Source: Campylobacterota bacterium
GTDB taxonomy: Bacteria; Campylobacterota; Campylobacteria; Campylobacterales; Sulfurovaceae
Direction: 5' to 3'
NCBI GenBank assembly: GCA_011048515.1
Contig: DSDW01000134.1
Span: forward strand, 9,496 to 73,495
DNA length: 64,000 bases
This document shows, piece after piece, positions 39,722 through 46,594 of the stretch. Position numbers and translations under genes: made by a program. The notes beneath the pieces are model-generated. The model did not search any database. It was not told the DNA's origin and saw only the letters and a list, made by a program, of their open reading frames with translations. Position 1 is the first letter of the stretch. Each line of letters begins with the position of its first letter.

Positions 39722-39940
39722 ATGTCAGCCTTACAAAGACTACAAGCGAAGATCGAGCAGTGGAGAGTGGATTTTGAAGCGCTCAAAAGCGAAAATGCAC
39801 AGTTGAAGGTCGAACTGCAAAATGCGAGCGGTTCCAAAGAGGAGCAGTCTGCAGAGATCGAACTGTTGAAGCTTGAACTGGAAGAGAAAGATGCGGAGAT
39901 CGAGAAGATCATTGCGCAGGTCGAATCTTTACTTGCGTAA
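39722..39940 (+). CDS. ZapB-like coiled-coil cell division protein
   Basis: 72 aa pure coiled coil upstream of a ZapA-like gene. Confidence 0.6.
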   Translation: MSALQRLQAKIEQWRVDFEALKSENAQLKVELQNASGSKEEQSAEIELLKLELEEKDAEIEKIIAQVESLLA

Positions 39941-39951
39941 AGACTCTCTTT

Positions 39952-40078
39952 AATTAACAATGAATAAGTAATAATTAATAATGAAAGTATGTGTTGCACG
40001 CAACACTTTCATTAAGTAAAAGCACTTCAACGAAGTGCATACAAAACTTATTAATTATTCACTATTAATTATTTATTC
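39952..40078. mobile_element. empty AT-rich heptamer-array element
   Basis: AATTAAC AATGAAT AAGTAAT AATTAAT AATGAAA at left, inverse array 40046-40078, two internal hairpins (GTGTTGC/GCAACAC; GCACTTC/GAAGTGC). Confidence 0.6.
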
Positions 40079-40099
40079 AAAATAATCCAAAGGATTTTC

Positions 40100-40321
40100 A
40101 TGAAGCAGGTTGGGCTTACAATCTCCGGCAATCGCTACAACATCAATCTTGACGACGATTTCGCTGATTTTGTCTATCGGGATCTGAAGGAAGCCGGAGT
40201 CGAACTCTTTAAAGACAACAAACCCGATGCCCTGCTGAGGGCCTACCTCCGCCTGGCAAAACAGGCGACCTCCTATGAAAATGAGATCGAAATGCTGATC
40301 GAGACGCTTGAGGGGCTATAA
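40100..40321 (+). CDS. ZapA-like cell division protein
   Basis: VGLTISGNRYNINL N-terminal beta motif plus C-terminal coiled coil. Confidence 0.55.
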   Translation: MKQVGLTISGNRYNINLDDDFADFVYRDLKEAGVELFKDNKPDALLRAYLRLAKQATSYENEIEMLIETLEGL

Positions 40322-40348
40322 TCACCCTTCTTGCGTCAGACCGCTATC

Positions 40349-41341
40349 TTACTCCAACACACTTCTCCCCTCTTCGATAAAGCGTTCACAGCTCTCCTCC
40401 TGATCATACGCATCGATGCTGAAACCCAGTCTGGTGTTTGAGGCATTAGCAGAGAGTTTTGTTCCCAGGGTTTCCTGCAGACGACCGGCCAATACCTCTC
40501 CATGCTCTTTGGAGGTCATCGGCAGGAGTATGCAGAAGAGCGTTTTCTCCCCCTCAGATGCGGGATCGCTGTATCTTGCGGCGATGTCACTGCTGCGTAT
40601 GGCACCCGAGACGATCGTGCCGAACTCCCGGTAAAATTGCTTTTTCGCCTTTTTGTCCGCCGTGCTCTCAAAGGTGACAGAGATCCACAGGGCGCAGAGC
40701 GGGGTACGGTAGCGTTTTGATTCGGCGCAGGCGTTCTGAAGTACGGATAAAAAGTACTTTTTATTGAATAACCCCGTCTCCCCGTCATGGATGGCGTGCT
40801 TTTTCATCTGCAGATGGATATAAACCCTGACAAAATAGATCGCGGCAATCAAAAGCAGCATTGTAAGCAAAAGAGAGCCATAGAAAATATTGACAATCTT
40901 ATGCTGTTTCAGATAGACCATTTTTTCAATGATGAGCGCAAGCGTTTCTGCGGAGTCATAGCACTGGAGGTTTTGGTCAGGAAGATCCTTGCCGTCTTTT
41001 GCAACAGAAAGTCTATAGTCATGCCAGCATTGTTCTACACGCTGAAAATCTTTTTGGAGCGTAGTTTCACCGATGTAATACTCGCAACTGTTGTTTAGCT
41101 TGACCCATGATGAGAGATCATGGAGGGCATTCTCTATCTCTTTCTCCGATATCTGACGCGTTGTCGGGTCAAGATAATGGTGCCCGATGCCGCCTGCCAG
41201 CCAACTGCTTTGCCGGATGGCTTTTGTATCCTGCTGCAGGGCTTGAAATGCCTGATGGACAAAATAGAACCCAACAGGCATCAACAATACAATCGCATAT
41301 AAAACAGCCGTGATACGATAGGATGGCCACTCTTTTTGCAT
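40349..41341 (-). CDS. membrane protein with degenerate GGDEF domain
   Basis: 2 TM around a periplasmic domain; HDGETGLFNKKYF, IRSSDIAARY then SDPASEGEKTL in place of GGDEF. Confidence 0.75.
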   Translation of the reverse strand: MQKEWPSYRITAVLYAIVLLMPVGFYFVHQAFQALQQDTKAIRQSSWLAGGIGHHYLDPTTRQISEKEIENALHDLSSWVKLNNSCEYYIGETTLQKDFQRVEQCWHDYRLSVAKDGKDLPDQNLQCYDSAETLALIIEKMVYLKQHKIVNIFYGSLLLTMLLLIAAIYFVRVYIHLQMKKHAIHDGETGLFNKKYFLSVLQNACAESKRYRTPLCALWISVTFESTADKKAKKQFYREFGTIVSGAIRSSDIAARYSDPASEGEKTLFCILLPMTSKEHGEVLAGRLQETLGTKLSANASNTRLGFSIDAYDQEESCERFIEEGRSVLE

Positions 41342-41351
41342 ACTCTCTCCT

Positions 41352-41750
41352 CTATCTCGTTATTTTTTGGCCGCCGAAATCATAGCTTTTTGCCAAATGG
41401 CCGCCTACATAGTCGATATCCGCGCAGTAATCCGCAGCGGCACTGTTGGTGGTGACATTGAAATCCTCCCCGTTCACGGCATAGACGATGGTATAGCAGA
41501 CGACGCGGTCGCATGCATCGGAATGGTCTGTTTCGGTAAAGTCGATATGCTGGGCGGTATAGGCGTAGGCTGCATCCCTGATGCAGATTGCCATATTGGA
41601 TACATCGGCGCTCAGCTTGGCGTCATCACGCGTCACCGCCAGTTTTGAGATCGCCATGGAGGCAAGTATCCCTATGATGATGATCACAAAGATAAGTTCT
41701 ATGACTGTAAATCCGTTCCGAAGCCGTGAAGAAATAGCTACTGTTTTCAT
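41352..41750 (-). CDS. type IV pilin / pseudopilin
   Basis: Class III signal RNG|FTVIELIFVIIIIGIL. Confidence 0.88.
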   Translation of the reverse strand: MKTVAISSRLRNGFTVIELIFVIIIIGILASMAISKLAVTRDDAKLSADVSNMAICIRDAAYAYTAQHIDFTETDHSDACDRVVCYTIVYAVNGEDFNVTTNSAAADYCADIDYVGGHLAKSYDFGGQKITR

Positions 41751-41945
41751 CTTGAACGATACCTCTCATTGCTATGTGTTCATTGATCTCTCTTGTATAC
41801 TTATACTATAAATATTTCAAATTATATACAAATATTTTAAATTAAGCAAACCGAGGAGGATGTTTTATAAATTTGAAAGCTTCGGCATATTATAATTTGA
41901 CAGGCCGGTTATTGAATCGGTACTATTTTTTATCAGGAGTTAATC

Positions 41946-42467
41946 ATGACACAGACGAACATGAGACGCGGATTTACGATGATCGAATTGATCTTTGTTA
42001 TTGTAATTATCGGTATTTTGGCAGCGGTTGCTATTCCTAAACTGGCAGCAACAAGAGATGATGCAAAGATCTCTAACATTGTTTCAAATACAAGAACAGC
42101 ATTAGGGGATATGAAAGCATTCTATACATCACAAGGTAATACAGTATGGAAAGATGCTGCTACTTTGATTGATACAATTACAGATGTACCATTTGAAACA
42201 GCTTGTGGTACGACAGCGATTGGAACAAAAGCAACATCTGCAGCAGGTAAGGATTTTGTGCTTTGTGATGAATCATCAGCTACTGGTGCAATTTGTATTA
42301 CAATGACGCTTACTGATGATGGGAATGTAACAGTTGAAGCAACAACTGCAGCTACACCAATATGTAAAGGCGTATTAAGTGATCCGGCGATCCAAGGGAT
42401 TGTAGGTGGTACTACTGCAACTTCTAGCAAAGTACATCAACTTGGCGGTATAGGCGTAGAAAGATAA
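41946..42467 (+). CDS. type IV pilin (probable major pilin)
   Basis: RRG|FTMIELIFVIVIIGILAAVAIPK; strong AGGAG RBS; downstream hairpin; AT-rich codons. Confidence 0.9.
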   Translation: MTQTNMRRGFTMIELIFVIVIIGILAAVAIPKLAATRDDAKISNIVSNTRTALGDMKAFYTSQGNTVWKDAATLIDTITDVPFETACGTTAIGTKATSAAGKDFVLCDESSATGAICITMTLTDDGNVTVEATTAATPICKGVLSDPAIQGIVGGTTATSSKVHQLGGIGVER

Positions 42468-42479
42468 ACTCTTATGCCC

Positions 42480-42505
42480 TGTCCCATATCTTCGTATATG
42501 GGACA
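42480..42505 (+). terminator. probable terminator after the pilin gene
   Basis: TGTCCCATAT/ATATGGGACA stem followed by TTT. Confidence 0.6.
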
Positions 42506-42680
42506 TTTCTCCTCCATCTCTAAAATTCATTTTTCGTAACCTTCAATCACTCTTTCCTAAAATTTCCGAAATCTATCCCTGCTACAAAACGCTAATGTTC
42601 TGAGTGCACAACCTATATACTTTGACAAAGAATATGCTATACTTTATAAAAGATAAAGAATACGCCCTAAAGGATAAAAG

Positions 42681-43139
42681 ATGGTTGGAATGGCAAAATG
42701 CAGAAAGGCATTTACAATGGTGGAGCTGGTGTTTGTGATCGTCGTGATAGGGATCCTGGCAGCGATCGCGATACCGAAACTTGCGGTGACAAGGGATGAT
42801 GCGATCATCACCAAAGCGATCAACACGGTAGCTGCCGTTAGAAGTGCCATTGCAACGGAACGTTCAAAAAATATACTCATGGGCAATTACGATGACTTCA
42901 ACAAAACATCGATCGGCTATACTGCCAATCAGGTCTTTACGGGGATGCTTGAGTATCCGGTCGAGAGGTGTACGGGGAGCGAAAAGGATTGTTGGGTGGT
43001 GGGAGGTTCGGATAGCCAGCCTACCTATACCTTCAGGGGTCCTACGGGGGATGTGATCTATACCTACAAAAACAAAAAATTTGTTTGTACTTCCACCGAA
43101 GCGGTCTGTAAAGTGTATGATGACCATCATGTCGATTGA
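42681..43139 (+). CDS. type IV pilin / pseudopilin
   Basis: RKA|FTMVELVFVIVVIGILAAIAIPK. Confidence 0.88.
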   Translation: MVGMAKCRKAFTMVELVFVIVVIGILAAIAIPKLAVTRDDAIITKAINTVAAVRSAIATERSKNILMGNYDDFNKTSIGYTANQVFTGMLEYPVERCTGSEKDCWVVGGSDSQPTYTFRGPTGDVIYTYKNKKFVCTSTEAVCKVYDDHHVD

Positions 43140-45010
43140 TTTTTGATAAAAAAGCTTTTGTGTACTATTATCACGTTGCATTATTAAAAACGCATAGCCC
43201 TGTTTTTACATACGCTTCGACTACCAGGTATGAGATCGGAGCGGTTGTTTCTGTCCCGGTCAAATCTCTGGATAAAGAGGGTGTGGTAGTTCGTGTATCA
43301 GAGAAACCGGAGTTTGAAACCCTTGAGATCAAATCCTCTTTGGGTCAATACTACTCTGGAATACAGCTGGAAACGGCGAAGTTCATCTCCGACTACTACT
43401 TCTCCTCTCTGGGCGAGGCACTCTCCCTTTTTATCCCGTACCGTCGTCATTCCGGGCTTGACCCGGAATCCACATTGCAGGATGAGGAAGTTGCATTACC
43501 TCAGTTAACAGAAGCGCAGCAAAATGCCTATAACGCGCTGCTGCACAAAGAGAGAGCACTCCTCTTCGGGGTCACGGGCGCGGGGAAAACGGAGATATTC
43601 ATCAGCTTAATGGCGAAGATGCTTGAGGAGGGGAAAAGCACGGTCTTTCTGATGCCGGAGATCTCGCTCACGCCCCAGATGGAGACGCGTCTGAAAAAGT
43701 ACTTCGGCGAGCGTGTGGCGATGTGGCACTCCAAGCTGACGAAGAAGAAAAAAGAGAGCATCCTGGAGGGGATCCACAGCGGCGGGATACGCATCGTGGC
43801 GGGCGCGCGCTCGGCGCTCTTTGTCCCGCTGCAGGACCTCGGGCTGATCATCGTGGACGAAGAGCATGACGACAGCTACAAGGCGATGACACGGCCGCGC
43901 TACCATGCCAGGGATGTCGCGGTGCTGATGGGGCAGAAGCTCGGGGCAAAAGTGCTCCTGGCCTCTGCGACGCCGAGCATGGGTTCTTATACAAAATATG
44001 ATGTGGTCAAGCTGGACAGACCTTTCATTCAGACAGCGAAACGCTACACCTTTATCCCCGGCGATACGGTCAACACGACGATCCTGAAGGCGTTGAAAGA
44101 GAACTATCTCAAGGGCGGGCAGTCCCTGCTTTTTCTGCCGACACGCGGCAACTTCAAATACCTCTACTGTGAAAAGTGCGGCAAGACGCACCTCTGCCCT
44201 TTCTGTTCTGTCGGCATGGCGCTGCACCGCAACCACAGGCACCTGAAGTGCCACTACTGCAACTACACCGAAGCGATCCGTGACAGCTGCAGCTACTGCG
44301 GGCATACGCCGCTGAGAAGCGAACGCATGGGTACGCAGGAGGCGGTAGAGGTGATAGGCGCGGCGATCGAGGGGATCAAAGTAGAGAAGTTCGACAGGGA
44401 CAGCATCACCACGGCAAACAAGCTCAAGCAGGCATTGCAGCGTTTCGAGAAGAAGGAGAGCGACCTGTTGCTGGGCACGCAGATGCTCTCCAAGGGGCAT
44501 GACTACGCCGATATCACACTCTCCGTGATCATGGGGCTGGACCATATCCTTGGGCTGGCGGACTACCGCGCCAGAGAGCGGGCGATGAGCCTTTTCTTCC
44601 AGATCGCGGGGCGCAGCGGACGCGCCAAAGCAGCCGAGGTGGTCGTGCAGACAGGGGACCAGGAGTTTTTCAAAAGCTGCCTGGGGGACTACGAGTCCTT
44701 CATAAAAGAGGAGCTCTCCTTTCTGGAGATGATGGGGTATCCGCCTTTTGCCTCGCTGGCACGGATACTGATCGCCCACAAAGATGAAAGCAAGGCAGCC
44801 AAGATCACACTCGATACCGTCGCCAGGCTCAAATCCTTCGAAGCGGTAGAGATCGTAGGGCACGGCAAAGCACCGGTAGAAAAGATCGCCAACAAGTACC
44901 GCTTCCACATCCTGCTGAGGGCAAAAAGCAGGGTGCCGCTGCTCAAAGCGCTCCATGCGGTGGACTGCCGGGAGATAGAGATCGATATGGACCCGGTCGA
45001 ATTTTCTTAG
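43136..45010 (+). CDS. priA: primosomal protein N' (helicase)
   Basis: GVTGAGKTE, MPEISLTPQ, VDEEHD, SATPS, 8-Cys zinc cluster, QMLSKGHD, QIAGRSGR. Confidence 0.97.
   Translation: MIFDKKAFVYYYHVALLKTHSPVFTYASTTRYEIGAVVSVPVKSLDKEGVVVRVSEKPEFETLEIKSSLGQYYSGIQLETAKFISDYYFSSLGEALSLFIPYRRHSGLDPESTLQDEEVALPQLTEAQQNAYNALLHKERALLFGVTGAGKTEIFISLMAKMLEEGKSTVFLMPEISLTPQMETRLKKYFGERVAMWHSKLTKKKKESILEGIHSGGIRIVAGARSALFVPLQDLGLIIVDEEHDDSYKAMTRPRYHARDVAVLMGQKLGAKVLLASATPSMGSYTKYDVVKLDRPFIQTAKRYTFIPGDTVNTTILKALKENYLKGGQSLLFLPTRGNFKYLYCEKCGKTHLCPFCSVGMALHRNHRHLKCHYCNYTEAIRDSCSYCGHTPLRSERMGTQEAVEVIGAAIEGIKVEKFDRDSITTANKLKQALQRFEKKESDLLLGTQMLSKGHDYADITLSVIMGLDHILGLADYRARERAMSLFFQIAGRSGRAKAAEVVVQTGDQEFFKSCLGDYESFIKEELSFLEMMGYPPFASLARILIAHKDESKAAKITLDTVARLKSFEAVEIVGHGKAPVEKIANKYRFHILLRAKSRVPLLKALHAVDCREIEIDMDPVEFS
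43446..43473 (+). repeat. REP-like palindrome in frame within priA
   Basis: GTCATTCCGGGCTTGACCCGGAATCCAC; stem ATTCCGGG/CCCGGAAT; encodes RHSGLDPES. Confidence 0.7.
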
Positions 45011-45019
45011 AAAATTCGA

Positions 45020-45510
45020 AGTGAAGAATTAAGAGTGAAGAGTGAAGAGTTTTGGTATGCTTTTCTTTTGAAAAGCTTTTTTTAAATCAGGAAATAAATG
45101 AGTATATTGGAAGAGAAAAGCTATGCTTTTTCGATTCGTATCGTGAAGTGTACACAGTATTTGCAAGATGATAAGAAAGAGTTTGTTCTAAGTAAACAGC
45201 TCATTCGTTCGGGTACAGCTGTGGGTGCATTGATCGCTGAGGCGAAATATGCACAATCGAAATCGGATTTTATCAATAAACTCTCAATAGCCGCCAAAGA
45301 AGGAAATGAGACCAAATATTGGCTGCGTCTTTTAAAAGATTGTAACTATCTTCAAGAAAAAAGTGCTATAAGTCTATTGGATGATATAGAGGGTCTCATC
45401 CGGATATTGGCATCAAGTATAAAAACTGCAAAAGAGAATAACTATGAAAAATAAAACACAAACGAAGTTTGTTTTCCAGCACTCTTCACTCTTCACTCTT
45501 CACTCTTCAT
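45020..45510 (+). mobile_element. four-helix-bundle cassette bounded by inverted AGTGAAG heptamer arrays
   Basis: AGTGAAG AATTAAG AGTGAAG AGTGAAG AGT at 45020-45050; (ACTCTTC)x4 at 45481-45508; a hairpin just inside each array. Confidence 0.8.
45098..45454 (+). CDS. four helix bundle protein (TIGR02436; 23S rRNA IVP/Avd-like)
   Basis: QLIRSGTAVGALIAEA..AQS..DFINKL.IA.KE.NETKYWL.LL; 60/110 identical to the 39249-39611 protein by hand alignment. Confidence 0.9.
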   Translation: MSILEEKSYAFSIRIVKCTQYLQDDKKEFVLSKQLIRSGTAVGALIAEAKYAQSKSDFINKLSIAAKEGNETKYWLRLLKDCNYLQEKSAISLLDDIEGLIRILASSIKTAKENNYEK

Positions 45511-45532
45511 TTTTCCCTCAAGGAGGAAAACT

Positions 45533-46594
45533 GTGAAAGAGAGATTTCCTACAAAGAAGATCTATGTCGGCAATGTAGCCGTAGGAGGGGATGCCCCGAT
45601 CTCGGTGCAGTCGATGACCTACAGTGATACGCATAATGTGGAGGCAACGGTCGAGCAGATCAACAGGCTGCACTTTGCTGGTGCGGATATCGTACGTGTG
45701 GCTGTGCCGAAGATGGAGGATGCCCTGGCGCTTGAGGAGATCAAGAAGCGTATCTCTCTGCCGCTGATCGCGGATATCCACTTTGACTACAGACTGGCGC
45801 TTGAAGCAGCCAAGTGGGTGGACTGCATCCGGTTCAACCCCGGGAATATCGGTGAGAAGAACCGTATCAGGGAGATCGTCAAAGCGTGCCAGGAGAGAAG
45901 CCTTCCGATCCGTGTGGGGGTCAATGCGGGAAGTCTGGAAAAAGAGTTTGAGGACCGGTACGGAGCGACCGCCGAGGGAATGGTGGCAAGCGCGGAGTAC
46001 AATATTAAGTTCCTTGAAGACCTCGGCTTTACCGATATCAAAGTCTCCCTCAAGGCCAGCGATGTGGACCGTACCGTGGAAGCCTACCGGATGCTTCGCC
46101 CCAAAAATAACTACCCTTTCCATCTCGGGGTGACGGAGGCCGGTACGGTCTTTCATGCCACGATCAAGTCCGCGATCGGGCTGGGGGCACTGCTGCTTGA
46201 CGGGATAGGGGATACCCTGCGTGTCTCGATCACCGGTGAGCTGGAAGAGGAGATCAGGGTAGGCAAAGCGATCCTTAAAGACAGCGGACGCGTGCAGGAG
46301 GGGCTCAACATCATCTCCTGTCCGACCTGCGGGCGGATAGAGGCGGACCTGGTCTCGGCCGTGGCAGAGGTGGAGAGGCGCACCGCGCATATCAAAACAC
46401 CGATGGATGTCTCCGTAATGGGATGCGTGGTCAACGCCATTGGCGAAGCCAAGCATGCCGATGTGGCGATCGCCTACGGAAAAGGTTCCGGACTCATTAT
46501 GGTAAAGGGTGAGGTGGTGGCACGCCTTCCCGAGAATGAACTAGTCGATAGATTTGTTGCTGAAGTAGAGAATTTTGCAAAAGAGAATAGCTGA
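45533..46594 (+). CDS. ispG: 4-hydroxy-3-methylbut-2-en-1-yl diphosphate synthase (flavodoxin)
   Basis: [47 protein letters not shown]. Confidence 0.97.
   Translation: MKERFPTKKIYVGNVAVGGDAPISVQSMTYSDTHNVEATVEQINRLHFAGADIVRVAVPKMEDALALEEIKKRISLPLIADIHFDYRLALEAAKWVDCIRFNPGNIGEKNRIREIVKACQERSLPIRVGVNAGSLEKEFEDRYGATAEGMVASAEYNIKFLEDLGFTDIKVSLKASDVDRTVEAYRMLRPKNNYPFHLGVTEAGTVFHATIKSAIGLGALLLDGIGDTLRVSITGELEEEIRVGKAILKDSGRVQEGLNIISCPTCGRIEADLVSAVAEVERRTAHIKTPMDVSVMGCVVNAIGEAKHADVAIAYGKGSGLIMVKGEVVARLPENELVDRFVAEVENFAKENS

Noticed and set aside
39952-40078. 6S RNA near zapA
   Set aside because: Short, very AT-rich, lies upstream rather than downstream of zapA, and matches the heptamer element architecture; an Rfam scan would be decisive.
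41845-41945. Sigma-54 promoter or second riboswitch upstream of the major pilin
   Set aside because: CGGCA is not followed by GC at the -12 position, and the GCAAAC is not followed by the GEMM core.
39249-45454. Diversity-generating retroelement, suggested by Avd-like proteins
   Set aside because: No reverse transcriptase and no template/variable repeat pair differing at adenines was seen in the window.
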